64,000 bases of DNA from Balanoglossus misakiensis. Taxonomy: Eukaryota; Animalia; Hemichordata. Positions 1-12,092 of this stretch are shown here, piece after piece. Each line of letters starts with the position of its first letter. Position 1 is the first letter of the stretch. A program made the translations under genes and the position numbers. The notes under the pieces are model-generated. The model saw nothing but the letters and a program-made list of their open reading frames with translations, did not search any database and was not told the DNA's origin. The stretch is taken from contig CM082596.2 of NCBI GenBank assembly GCA_040954595.2, forward strand, positions 9,008,361-9,072,360. The letters are read 5' to 3'.

Positions 1-106
1 AACGGAAGAAGCAGGAGGGTCTGGGTAACCGAGACTAGGGTTTCCCCAGACCCTCTTTCTGGACTGCCCAACGGAAGAAGCAAGGGGGTCTGGGTAACCG
101 AGACTA
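1..106. mobile_element. Two stacked right termini (ending at 37 and 106) of a TAGTCTCGG...CCGAGACTA non-autonomous DNA transposon family (Academ/AcademH-like)
   Basis: tctgggtaaccgagacta occurs at 20-37 and 89-106. The same terminus bounds the complete 427-bp element at 39151-39577. The first end is followed by gggtttccc, which is internal TIR sequence of the second, i.e. insertion into a relative's TIR. Confidence 0.75.
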
Positions 107-227
107 ATGTAAACATGTGACAGGAGCATTCGTCTATATTTTCCAAGAAAGGCTTCTGGGCTTCCGAACACAAGATTAAAGCTCCCCTTCACCAGAGTTG
201 CTTGAACTTGATGATCGGTCGAGCTAA

Positions 228-1124
228 CATGTCCCGAACTAAAGCCAGTTGCATTACAGGGGAATTTCCCCACAATGCCGTGTGAGGGCGAAACAAGCTA
301 TAACAGTCCCTCGGGCCTTACGGCACTCGCACCACGAAACGCCGAATCTATTAAATCAGATTATGACCTACGTACTTCAGCACATCCTTAATTTTGTAGA
401 GTATAGATAATATTCGTGTAATACGTTACCATGGACTTTTTAAAGCGAATTCATTTTCGAGGTTAACGTTCCCGATCTAGGAGGAAAGAAACTTTTTGTG
501 GAAAGTTTTTTTTGCGTTTCCCTAGTAGAACTGTTCCATTTTGTGTATATCATGTTTTAAATTAGGAAATGTAATACATGTATACGTTTTATTTCAGTGC
601 AACATATATGGCAGGTCGGAGAGCCTGACTCTGAAATACGGACTGCACAGAGAAGACGCAAATATTTGATCTGTATTTCAACTGCACACATTAATTTCGA
701 CGTATTTTAACTTGTTACTCAATATAAGTCAAAGTCCAGGAATATGCGCAAGTATACAATAGTCTGCACAGTTGTACATCTACGATTTGCACCACGTATA
801 TGTGACGTATATTCACGTATATGGAACATACCAATGTGTTAGTATACGTGCACGTATATCTATGAAGATCACGGGTGTGCACAACGCAGACCATTGCAGA
901 TCAAGTGCACACCATAAACATTCCAACGTATTTGTACACATTCTCAGTGCATATCTTCCTTGCTATTTGCATGAATGTGTGATTAGCATACGTTACATCA
1001 TCATCACAGACATTAACATTTGCATAGTTGAGTTCACGTTTCTTGTGCAAAAAATGTTCCTTACGGCCCTCGCACGAAACGCCGAATCGATACACATTAG
1101 GCGCGAGGGACTGTCGACAGTCTA
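228..1124. mobile_element. Right TIR of a TAGACTGTCGAC...GTCGACAGTCTA element, interrupted by about 700 bp of unrelated sequence
   Basis: 228-349 and 1059-1124 are reverse complements of 8690-8810 and 8597-8662. The terminus is ...gggactgtcgacagtcta at 1124, followed by ggcaaaat. Confidence 0.7.
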
Positions 1125-1242
1125 GGCAAAATCGAAACAAGCAATTGTCCCGGGTTCGATTCCCGGCCAACGCATGTATTTTTTTGCAGTAAACATGTAT
1201 GTTGGGCAAGAATTGGCGTGCAGACGGCATCTCTCCCAACAG

Positions 1243-1314
1243 GCGTTGGTGGTGTAGTGGTTAACATAGTTGCCTTCCAAGCAATTGTCCCGGGTTCGAT
1301 TCCCGGCCAATGCA
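1243..1314 (+). tRNA. tRNA-Gly(TCC), copy 1 (G3:U70 variant)
   Basis: 72 nt GCGTTGG...CTTCCAA...GGTTCGATTCC...CCAATGCA; A and B boxes; TCC anticodon; downstream T7 Pol III terminator; closely resembles canonical metazoan tRNA-Gly-TCC. Confidence 0.92.
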
Positions 1315-1382
1315 TGTATTTTTTTGCAGTAAACATGTATGTTGGGCAAGAATTGGCGTGCAGACGGCATCTCTCCCAACAG

Positions 1383-1454
1383 GCGTTGGTGGTGTAGTGG
1401 TTAACATAGTTGCCTTCCAAGCAATTGTCCCGGGTTCGATTCCCGGTCAATGCA
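1383..1454 (+). tRNA. tRNA-Gly(TCC), copy 2 (G3:U70 and G7:U66)
   Basis: As copy 1, with ...cccggtcaatgca at the 3' end. Confidence 0.88.
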
Positions 1455-1522
1455 TGTATTTTTTTGCAGTAAACATGTATGTTGGGCAAGAATTGGCGTG
1501 CAGACGGCATCTCTCCCAACAG

Positions 1523-1594
1523 GCGTTGGTGGTGTAGTGGTTAACATAGTTGCCTTCCAAGCAATTGTCCCGGGTTCGATTCCCGGCCAATGCA
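1523..1594 (+). tRNA. tRNA-Gly(TCC), copy 3 (G3:U70 variant)
   Basis: Identical to copy 1. Confidence 0.92.
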
Positions 1595-1662
1595 TGTATT
1601 TTTTTGCAGTAAACATGTATGTTGGGCAAGAATTGGCATGCAGACGGCATCTCTCCCAACAG

Positions 1663-1721
1663 GCGTTGGTGGTGTAGTGGTTAACAAGCAATTGTCCCGG
1701 GTTCGATTCCCGGCCAACGCA
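1663..1721 (+). pseudogene. tRNA-Gly pseudogene lacking most of the anticodon arm
   Basis: ttaacaagcaattg: 13-nt deletion between short ca repeats removes the anticodon; 3' end retains ccaacgca. Confidence 0.88.
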
Positions 1722-1759
1722 GATTTTTTTGCAGTTGGATATTTCTTATCAGATAATAT

Positions 1760-1797
1760 TCACTCACTCACTCACTCAATTCACTCACTCACTCACT
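1760..1797. repeat. (TCAC)n microsatellite
   Basis: cactcactcactcactca... run. Confidence 0.85.
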
Positions 1798-2278
1798 GAA
1801 GTCTGAAACACCATGTATGGCTTGTTCTCTCGTTTATATAATTTTGAAATGGTCCACTTTTGAAAAACACATTTCACATTCTCTGCACAAATCCCCACGT
1901 TTCACTTAAAAAACGGACACGACAACACCGAGGGCAGTATCAGAAAGTATTTCGCAACGTTATGACTACGCATACTTGCTGAAAAAAATGAACCCGTTGT
2001 ACGTGTCGCGATTTGCAAACAGTCCACACGTTAACGTTTCCATCAGCACACTTTCTCATCAACTGCAAGTCCAAGTATAATTGACAGACACCTGGAACAC
2101 AGTGCGTGAATTGATATTTTAATTAAAGACGAAAAGAAAAGTGACAGCAAACATCAAGTAGACCGTCTCAAAAAACATCAGTTGCTGTTCAAGATTAGGT
2201 ACTTGTTTGACGGACAGAAACTAAACCGCAAAATGGAAGCAGTTGTGCTAACTCTATGGCATTGAATGCTGCGCATGC

Positions 2279-5200
2279 CTACTGGCAAGCATAGATTTCC
2301 ACTCTCATGGAGATATGACCATACCAGGTAACTGGATAAAACCGAACAGACTCTGCTGTGAAAGCCTTGTCTCCCAATTCATGGTAGACTATTGTGTTCC
2401 GGTCAGAATTCGCAATGAAAATCTGAAACGTAAAACATGATAGTGTTTTCAGTTGATATAGGAAAGCTGGCCTTTCTGTAGGTTTACGCTACACACTGAT
2501 GTAAGCGGCGATAGCCACCCCTTAGGCTGCATTCACAAACACCTCTGGAAGGGGGGGGGGGTGGGAGAATTGAGGGGGGGGATTTGAAAAAATTGAGGGT
2601 ATGTAAGGGGGGATTTGAAATAATTTAGGGACGGAAAGGCGGGGGACTTGAAAACTTTGACGACTAAATATTTATTTTGAGTCCACAAATATGCAGTTTC
2701 GCGCCCTTTATTTTACAAAATGTTCTCCATTCATCAGCACCCTTCAATCATTGACTGGTTTATCTAGTGTCCCAGGTCGGGGGACTTGCCTCCACCCCAT
2801 GATAACTTTGAGCGGTGACGGTTAAATTTGTCCTCCCCAACATACCGGTAGTTGAGTTAATTTGCTTTTGCAGGGTTCATTAAAATGCAGCTTTGAGCTC
2901 TGTATTTTATAAAATTTTCTTACCCACCCCCTTCGATTCTCGGTTTACAATGTCTCCCAACACAAATACAAATACTTAAAAAGTAAAAACAATGTTCAGT
3001 TTTAATACCCACTGATGAGGGGAAACATCAGTTTCAAATTCTTTTCATGGGAGCGCTGTTTTTTCTTTTTTACAAGATAGATATGTGATGTGTTTTGCTC
3101 TGTGAAAGAAAATGGGGGGGGGGGGGGATTTCAAAATTTTGGCAGCTCGGAAGGGGGGATTTGAAATTATTTCGGGTTGTGTACGGGGGGCATGTGAAAA
3201 TTAGCGGTAAAAAAATTGAATTCTCCCGCCCCCCCCCACTCCAGAGGTGTTTGTGAATGCAGCCTTATATTTATTGTGCCCAAAATTACTACCAAAAACA
3301 TATCCCAGAAATGTGTTTCCTTATTCTTTTCAGTCGTGTGTATGGTGTACACTGTGCGCATCTTTAATATATTATATGTATGAACATTGTCAGGTTCTTC
3401 GAATCGGACATTGTGAAGTTCATACCTTTTCAGAGCCATCGTCCCGAGTCACATATGTCCATTGTCCGTGTTCCTTGTGGTAGCCGAGTTTGAATGATGT
3501 CACCCACTGAGAATAATCACTTCGCCCCTAAATTTAACAAGAAGCTCACCATAAAATATGCAACATTCGGTTGAAACCCTTGATACGAGATACTATCTCG
3601 TTATAACGAGATAGTATCTCGTTATAACGAGATAGTTTTTTTCTTGCTTCACAAAATGGCGTTAACGGGCTTTCTTACTTTACTATTCATTATATTAGGG
3701 TGTGTTTTTTACCAACGATGTAATGTGTTATTCATTATTCAATATTGTAAATATTTCAAAATGCGTTGTGTACTTACTTGTGTGGCGACCTTGGTGACCT
3801 TCCTATCACCACCAAGGTCAACTTGCAACCACTGTGCGGCGTTGTTATGCAATGCACACCACGAATGGGAATATCCAGAAGGGCCATGGTAGTTAAGCCT
3901 TCCTTGATGAGACATGTGCTTACTATTAAAATTAGAGCTCGCCGTCATCTGCGAATTTGGAATAACTCGATTCTCTACACCAACAGGCTCGGAGTTACAC
4001 GGCCCTGAAATCGGTGATACATTTTAGTAACAAGGGACGGACGTTACAGTCGACTGATTTTGGGGTATTTTTGTCAATATTTCCCGATGCATCAACACCT
4101 GCAGTTTCGTATTCTATGTTGGATGGCTTTATGAAAATTTATATTTTTAGCTTCCAACAAAGCCTGCACATGAGTAAAGGCCAGTGTCATGTTGACAAAT
4201 ACTTAATGTCCGGACTTGGAGTCAATTTTCAGCAATAACAATTCTGATTAATACAAAATGTCTAAAACATTGTCTTCTACAACTATTTTTTTGTAATATT
4301 ACCCTATATGTAAACATTTCCAGCCGATACATTGCAGCAGAATAATTCAGAAAATGATTTTTACTTGGGTGACACGTGTAACCAACGGCCAAAATGTAGT
4401 TATTCGCACCTGATTTTTTGCAGATGAAACCCAGTTTCTCTGCACAGTCACTTGTTTCCCAGTAACCGTCTTTAGCTCCCGATATGACAGCACAGTCCAA
4501 ACGTCCGGGGCGCCGTGGTTCTCTAGTGGCCCAGTTTCTGTATGACAGCTGTTGAATGAAAAAAATCACGTAATTCACCTGTATTCTTCAATTGAAAGCA
4601 GTATGATAGGACTACAGAGGCACGAGATTAGTGTGTTATACCTCTTTTTGGTTTCTTCACGTTGCCATAAAAATATGGGCATCTATTCGTCGAATTCGAT
4701 ATTAATTGGCTTTTCAAGTATACTTTCAACAATGTTTTCCCATTCTCACACTCCTGGCACGCTGAGAGTGTGGGATCAGATTGGGAGAATACATTATTCC
4801 GCACACTGTTATCAAGTGTGGTTCTCATGCAAACTGTAATTAGATATCCTTTCAAGTAACACCATCATGCACGAAGAAGGCGTAATTACAGAGCAAATCA
4901 TCGATCGAACACACAAACAATCTTGTTGATCAATAATACTGGAACTAGATTCGCTGCATGCATGCGATATTATCAATAGACAAAGAAATGCATAACACCA
5001 ACCTCAGTGCCATCTTCCCACCTCCAGTCGGCTTCGTTCTCGATGTCACTTAAACCAATCCACAAGTTTTGTTTACCAGATATCATGGTATAACCTAATT
5101 ATGTTTTAATATTAAAAATAACGTCATGGGTCTATGCCATATAAACAAAACAACAACACGGAAAATCGCTCATTTGGTCTTGAAGTCGAGTTTTGATGTT

Positions 5201-6818
5201 GACTCATATGCAAATGTACGCTACCTGGCTTGGAGTATGAATTGTCACACTGGTTGAAATAAAAGGCGTTTGAGATGACAAAATCCGTATCTGCAGCCAC
5301 GTATATAAATATTAGAATGAGTCAAACTGCATTTGAATTTAGAATTTGATACAACTGTTGGGAGAAATGATTTTCTAAACATATTTTTCTCGTGTTTCTG
5401 AAATGAACTCTACAGCGGGTGTTCAGGATTTTGAAATATATTACGGGCCTTTCTTTCAGTTTTGGATATTCTTGCTTGAACTCTGCACCAGCGACGCAAA
5501 AAAACACTATTTTTTCAAGTTTTTAGCCACGAAAAGAGTTCATTTACTATTAGGAGATCCCACACGTGTGGCCTTATTATGTTTTTGTTACAGGGGCTCC
5601 ACATTCTACAAATGGTTGATGTATGATAGCCTACTTGCCTTTCAGGAACAGGTTTTTATGGGAGTCGTCGATAGTGACAAGCTCCCCACCTTTGCCTCTA
5701 CAAATCGACTTGGCCTCGTCGTACGTGTACACTTTCTCGAGGTATGCATAGTAGCAGGTGTCCGCGAAGTTGTCCCATTGTGGTTCACAGCCTGGTGGAG
5801 AAATTGAAGGTACATTAAACGGACAAATTCTCTCTCTCGTTGCCCTTTTTCCATTAATTATGTTTGATACAAGACACCGTTTATGTTAATGTACATGTGT
5901 ATGTAGTGAATGAACGTTCGACCACACACAACTTCCATCCCACTTGTAAGATATGAGAGTAAAAACTTACCCAAAATGAATCAATGGTAGAGACCGATTA
6001 TTCAATTTGGCGAGTTTTTTTCACTCTCGTGTCTACAAGTGGGATGGAAGTTGTGTGTGGTTGAACGTTGATTCACTGATTATCCACATGTACATTAGTA
6101 TAAACAGTGTCTTGTACCAAACATAATTAATGAAAAAAAGGCAGCGGGGGAGAGACTTTGTCCCTTTAAGTCTACCAAGCAGTTCGTTATTACGTCGTTG
6201 CTTAAACACCATTCGACTGCTTCGTTGTGTGTGGGTGGTGTGAACTACATTACCTAAACAAAACCACCATTTCAGCCGCTCTGCTGTTGTACAGGTAAAG
6301 GGCAATAGCCGAGGATCAAACTACTGCAGGTATTGCCCCATTAACTAAGACAGATAGAAAGACATGCATACAGATAGAGACAAGCACGTGCATACAGTCA
6401 CCACAATCAATGCAAGTTGTACCAACACTAGTCATCCAATAAATAGAATTAAGCAAAATAAAAACGAATAAAAGAAACTAATTCTCTGTGTATAGTAATA
6501 TTCACAAAAGCCTGGAACTCTTAGTCACATAGGACTATGCGGTGATGAAAAAAAATCAAAAATCAAATCTAGCATACAAAAATAAGTTATTAAACTTCAA
6601 GAGAGTATTTTGTTGTTGGCCGTGCACAGATAAACCAAGAATATAAAAATTAATAAAGAACAGCTGCAGATGTTAACGTGAAATAATGGGCAATTGGAAT
6701 AAGCAACATCAAAATTAATGAGTAGGTGTATTGTCCTATTCGAACATGTTACAGTACCTTTCGCGGATGGCAATGCCTCTGTGACCAACAAACCCAGTAG
6801 AGCCAGGTACAATTTCAT
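2279..6818 (-). CDS. Secreted C-type lectin domain + coagulation factor 5/8 type C (discoidin) domain protein, 7 exons, 305 aa
   Basis: Exons 6818-6758, 5791-5639, 5094-5003, 4548-4410, 4004-3778, 3527-3426, 2422-2279 splice in phase (918 nt, no internal stop; intron 2 has a GC donor). Signal peptide MKLYLALLGLLV; CTLD motifs CEPQW...CY, WIGLSD, NWATREP...DCA...W.TSDC...FICK; F5/8C motifs QMTASS, WLQVDLG, TQGR...WVTSFKL, RFYPVTWYGHISMRVEIYAC*. Confidence 0.9.
2525..3264. mobile_element. PIF/Harbinger-type (Tourist-like) MITE in the last intron of the lectin gene
   Basis: TIR ggctgcattcacaaacacctctgga / tccagaggtgtttgtgaatgcagcc; TTA duplicated at 2522-2524 and 3265-3267; poly-G subterminal repeats. 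Confidence 0.8.
5809..6176. repeat. Long imperfect hairpin (about 140-bp arms), MITE-like, in lectin intron 1
   Basis: 5809-5948 is the reverse complement of 6034-6176 (e.g. accacacacaacttccatcccacttgta / tacaagtgggatggaagttgtgtgtggt). Confidence 0.7.
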
Positions 6819-7261
6819 TTTCGTCAATTTCTGGTGTCTGGCAGCAGTTACCATATGATGAAATTCCAGCAGCGTTCAAAGAGAATAGAATAGCTTCGTA
6901 TCAAAATGACTTCTACGTACATTTTGTCACTGGGACTTGGCTTTTAGTTCACGTATTTTGTGAATTGGGAAAGACTTCAATGATTATAAGCCACAATACA
7001 TCTTAACTGCGCCTTCGAAAAGATATTCAACGCCAAGTACAACAGTCTGGCATGCTTATATCCCGGCCAACCCTCCTATTCTTTGTCCGAAAATGTTTGT
7101 ACCATTATCAGGATCCAAGCTTCAAGCAGATAAACTATATTTTAGGCCTAAAGCAATTTTAACTAAGCCGCAACTTTTATCCGCTATACAGTAAAACCAC
7201 GCAATCTTCGAATTGGTTGCAAGAAAAAAAACGCCGGTACCAACTAACGCATACTAAACCC

Positions 7262-7356
7262 TAGACTTGCTCCAAGTCTTATATGGGCTTCATTATGTGT
7301 AGGGAACGCGTACGCCCATAATTTAAAAACCGTCAAGCGACTAGTGGGCTAGTCTA
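7262..7356. mobile_element. 95-bp TAG...CTA MITE with perfect 9-bp TSD (AcademH-like)
   Basis: Termini tagactt.../...tagtcta; actaaaccc at 7253-7261 and 7357-7365. Confidence 0.8.
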
Positions 7357-8502
7357 ACTAAACCCGTAAATGTACAGTAAATCCGAAGTAATTCTGAATT
7401 TGTACATGGAAAACAGTCGACATACCTGATTGACAGGAAAATAGAAGTCTCTGTGCTGTTCGGCGCTCCAGGTCTAAATGAAAAATACTCTCGGCTCTAG
7501 GGCTTATTATAAGCAGTTAACATCGCTTATAATTCTATTGATAAACTGGACTTGTTGAAAGAAGCTACCCGCACTAGTGTCCTTAAAAGGCATCGGATAT
7601 GCGGATATGTAAATGAATGTTTTTGCCGACCTGTCATTTTGTTAATGGGCTTTACGGAGGCGGCGTGCAAAACAACGGATTCAGAAATTGTAGATTTCTG
7701 ACAATTAGCAGATCATTACAACCCCCCCCCCCCCGAAAAAATCTGAACACCCATTATTTAGGGGTTAATCTCTATAACGGATATTGACTGTTTTGTTTTA
7801 GAGATAAACACACATCCTAAATCCACACTCAACTAAAACAAAAGAAAATGCATTTTGTTTTGTAAATTGGCATATTAGATGTAAAGGTTATAAAGGCATA
7901 GCCATAAACCCACTGGAAATCATCAATCACTTGAATGTGGCATTTGTGATATTATTTCTTTGCCTAGCAAAACATTAAATTCTGTGCCTTTCAAAACATT
8001 GAACAAAAGTAAACACAAAACACCATTTCCGTCTGACCTTTGTGATATTTGTCTTGTGCCTTGCAAAACATTAAATAGTACCCTCAGGATCATCGCTTTT
8101 CAATACAAAAGTAAACGAATCTCTTATATTTAGAAGTTAGAGAATAAATCAATCATAGAATGTTGACATGGTATCACTCTGATGTGTGTATTTTGTTGCC
8201 TCACCACTTGCATGTAAAACAACACAACATATTTGACTGTATGACTGACAGAAGGGATACATTTTGTTAATACTTTTCGAGTATATTCCATATTGATATA
8301 CATGTACATGTATAGCTTTTCGGCGTTAAGATTAGAGAGAAGAGATTCTCCAAAATGCATATGAGATCGTATTACGGTTAAATCCCGGTGAGGGGTATAA
8401 AAGGCCCGAAAATCATCCTTTTAACCTGCACGATATATGTTTGTTATGACACCACAAAGTATTTATTTCTTCATTATATTGGGACACATGGCAAAATCGA
8501 AA

Positions 8503-8539
8503 CAAGCAATTGTCCCGGGTTCGATTCCCGGCCAACGCA
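8503..8539 (+). pseudogene. 3' half of tRNA-Gly with its terminator and tail
   Basis: caagcaattgtcccgggttcgattcccggccaacgca, identical to 1138-1174. Confidence 0.8.
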
Positions 8540-8596
8540 TGTATTTTTTTGCAGAAAACATGTATGTTGGGCAAGAATTGGGACACATGGCAAAAT

Positions 8597-8867
8597 TAGA
8601 CTGTCGACAGTCCCTCGCGCCTAATGTGTATCGATTCGGCGTTTCGTGCGAGGGCCGTAAGGCCCGTATCTTTTGAAGGCCGAAGGGCCGATTCGGCGTT
8701 TCGTGGTGCGAGGGCCGTAAGGCCTGAGGGACTGTTATAGCTTGTTTCGCCCTCACACGGCATTGTGGGGAAATTCACCTGTAACGCAACTGGCTTTAGT
8801 TCGGGACATGAAAACATTAGTCTCGGTTACCCAGACCCCCCTGCTTCTTCCGGCACTCCAGAAAGAG
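8597..8867. mobile_element. Left TIR of the TAGACTGTCGAC element (8597-8810) with a nested, truncated left end of the TAGTCTCGG element (8818-8867)
   Basis: Starts tagactgtcgacagtccc, preceded by ggcaaaat; nested tagtctcggttacccagac at 8818 is preceded by atgaaaacat. Confidence 0.75.
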
Positions 8868-9123
8868 ATAGGGGTACTACGCGCGTCTCGAGCCTGAATG
8901 TCAACTATTTGGAGACCCGTTGACCTGCCATATGAGTTGCATCAATCATGTAACACGTGACTGTAGTCCCTCTCGAGATAGTGGCGTGGATGGCTCCCTA
9001 CTTACTCTCCGACCTGCCATATATGTTGTTCGGAGACTCTCTGACCTGCCATATTTGTTGGCTCTATTAAATTGGGGTTATCGTCACGTAATACTGAGTA
9101 ATAATGAGTTACGCAAGTAAGTT

Positions 9124-10868
9124 ACAGGTGGCCCCAGGAATTTAGCATTTCAGGACGCAGAGGGTCCTACCCTACCCCTCCAAACACCTGGCTATATATG
9201 ATGTGCATGCTAACATATGGAAAGCAGGTCAATGGACACCTGAGGTCACCCAAATATTTGACAAAAAATTTTCATTCCTGTTTATGTCATGTGCAACAAA
9301 TCCTACATTTGCAGCCCTTTCACTTTGCCTACCATTAGGTATGCACGTAATACATGAATCAAGCGGGTGTCACAGGTATCCCCCTGTATTTGGCATTTCA
9401 TGATAGTTTCATCCCTCCAAATACCAAAGCTGCACCTGTACAACGTGCTGAGATATGGCACTGTACGACAGAGGTCATCCAAATCACCTTATACATTTGG
9501 GCAAAAACGAACTGACACTTACATTCGTCCCTGTGGAACAAAAACCACATATATCGCCCTGTTGGTTAGTGTAAAATTAAATGTACAAAATCAATGACTT
9601 AGGCAGGTGCAACAGGTGACCCCGCCTTTGGTATATCATTATGGTCCCATCCGTATATCCCCCCCCCCCCACGCCAAAGCTGCATGCATCTGCTGTTATT
9701 CACTAAGCAAAAGAAGGTGAAATGTCACATAAGGTCGCCCACAACTTGACAGGAAAATCGGACTTCATATTGATCCATGTGCAACAAATACCACGCTAGC
9801 ATCCCTTTCATTGACCCCACAATTACGCATGCACATAATTGAGTTACGCAGGGGTCACAGGTGACCCCCGAATCGGGCGTATTATTTTGGTCCCATACAG
9901 CTGCATGAAGCTGCGTGCCATTACGGGCGACCTGATAACCCCCACGGCCACCTGCGGGCCGAACCCCATACCGAACGTCCAGTTGCAACGTCACGACTGA
10001 AGTAGGAACTTTTGAACGGCAACGAAGCCTGATCTCTGATTATTGCTGGTCCATCCTCCCTTCGTGCAATAAAATCACTGGTCTGCTTACGTATTTCGGC
10101 CAATTTCCCGAACTACTATCCACTACATGTGACTACCATGCTATTAATGAAACCTCCAACAACATTAGCGACTGAGGGTTAAAGTCCGCTGCCGCATTAC
10201 ATTGAATGTTAACCAGTGTAGCCGGGTCTGCGTAGACACATTTGAACGGCAACAGCTAACAAACTCAGCGTAATTCAATAAAACGCCCTAACACAGCCTG
10301 AACTCCGATAATGTGTTGTCCCAAAATTCATTCCGTGGAAAATAATCACTGGTCTGTTTACGTATTTCAGCCGATTTTCCAAGGACTACTGCAACCCACC
10401 AGAAGTGAGTACATGTACCCTGCTAATGAGATCTCCACAACATTACATAATGACGGTCAAAGTCCGATGCCCTAGTGTTCATCCTCAGCCCACCAAAAAA
10501 TGCGAAAAATATTACAAAAATCTTCTTCTCAAAATCGACGTGGCCTAGGACCTTGAAATTTGGCACAGGGGATTTTGGTCATATGGTATACAAAGTTTGA
10601 GAAAAGAATTTAAATGCCGCCATTAACGTGCAAATAAGGTCAATTTGAAAATTTCGCTCGATTATAGCCACCAAGTCACGTGACTAATTACAAATTCAAA
10701 GGGCAGGTGCACAAGTACTCATGGGCCCCAACCACCGTGCCAAATTTCATAGGCGTAGGTCCAGGGATTTTGATAAAAACGGGAGCAAAAAAACGACTCA
10801 AGAAGAAAGAAGAAAAACTCCAGCAATAACAGAAGGGGACCAAGCGCCCCCAGGCGCATGGTCCCCTA
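9124..10868 (+). mobile_element. Degenerate Helentron/DINE-like non-autonomous element with internal tandem repeats
   Basis: Degenerate units share cacaggtgaccc / cacctgaggtca motifs with the 17.2-18.1 kb array; 3' palindrome ggggacca...tggtcccc (about 10835-10866) after an AAG-rich tract. Confidence 0.5.
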
Positions 10869-11979
10869 ATGATTCTTTTATATTTAATGGTTCACCATGG
10901 AGGGCGCAACGTAACGCTAACGTTTACAAAGTACAGAATCATGGAGAACATTCCAAAACTATTTTTCGTCGAGCACAGTGACTTTGAAGAATAAACACGT
11001 ATACGTATACGTATTCAGTAGAATTGAAGGGGTGCACAGAGATTCCCACTGCACAAGCACTAATCATCACTGGTTGCCTAACGCACGTACGTGTGTGTTT
11101 TACAGTGGAAGGCGATATGCAGACTCGTGAATGGTAATGTTTCTCATGAGGGACGGCTGGAGATCTTCCACAATGCCCAATGGGGATCCGTATGCGACGA
11201 TGATTTCAGTCAGAGAAATGTGGAGGTTGTTTGTCAGCAACTTGGATATAAGTAAGTTCCGTTACTTGGCCACTTCGCTTGTAACTTGAACTCAAAGGGA
11301 AATTTAGTAGAATGTAGAATATTCATAGTAAAAGTAATTTAGCCTACCCGATGGTGTATCTGTATGTCGAATTTGTCAGTGCCTGAGTAGTTGATCCACG
11401 CTCGCCAGGCAGAATTACTGTGGACTACAATTATTGCAAAATGATTGCAAATCTAGAACTCTTTAGTGAAATACGGTGTATTGACAATTCTATATACGAG
11501 CTTATGAACTGCTTTTCAAGCTCAGAACACTTTTTGGAATAGAATATTTTTTAGTGTCCCATCGCTCAGCTGGCACTGAGAACGATGACGTAATTGGAAA
11601 GTGTAGATATTTATGTACATTGATTTAGGATTTTGGCTATATTTATGATATTTTTTTTTGTAAATTGACATATAAATGTGTTTACGTACATGGGTACATT
11701 AAAGTTTATGTGAAAAATCAAGGCTCTCTCTCTCTAACTCTCTCTCTCTGTGAACGTGTCTGTCTGTCTCTGTCTCTCTCTTCAACCTCCAACGCTCTCT
11801 TCAACTCTCTGTCTCTCGCCCTGTCTGTCTCTCTTTTTCTCTCTCATTCTCTCCACCTGTATGTGCCCGCTCAACCGTTTACATCTGTCTGTAAACGCAA
11901 AACGAATTCATTCACAGGCCAGGAATATTCAGAAGCAGCGCCGCCTATGGGGAGGCCGAAGCGAACATATGGCTTGATC

Positions 11980-12092
11980 CAATCTGATTAAAATCAGATG
12001 TAGGGAACGGCGACTTGTTTTTTTTATGCTGTCGCCTCACACAGCATAAAAATCCAAGTCGCCGTTCCCTACATCTGATTTTAATCAGATTG
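11980..12092. mobile_element. 113-bp hairpin MITE (CAA...TTG) with 9-bp TSD inserted in an SRCR exon
   Basis: Near-perfect palindrome caatctgattaaaatcagatgtagggaacggcgactt...; ggcttgatc at 11971-11979 and 12093-12101; removal restores IWLDQVKC. Confidence 0.9.

Larger units (their letters stand above)
1138..1721 (+). repeat. 140-bp tandem array of tRNA-Gly(TCC) units: one 3' half, three full genes, one internally deleted copy
   Basis: Near-identical units recur at 140-bp spacing (gcgttggtgg at 1243, 1383, 1523, 1663), each followed by a T-run. Confidence 0.95.

Noticed and set aside
772-1799. Overlapping short ORFs with repeated peptides
   Set aside because: Shadow translations of the 140-bp tRNA array.
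3582-3680. Short ctcgttataacgag palindromic repeats
   Set aside because: Probably a tiny transposon-end remnant; too short to classify.
53-8867. A single 8.8-kb TIR element carrying the lectin gene as cargo
   Set aside because: The TAG/CTA tips point toward the gene and the TSDs lie on the inner side, so the gene is outside the elements, not between normal ends.
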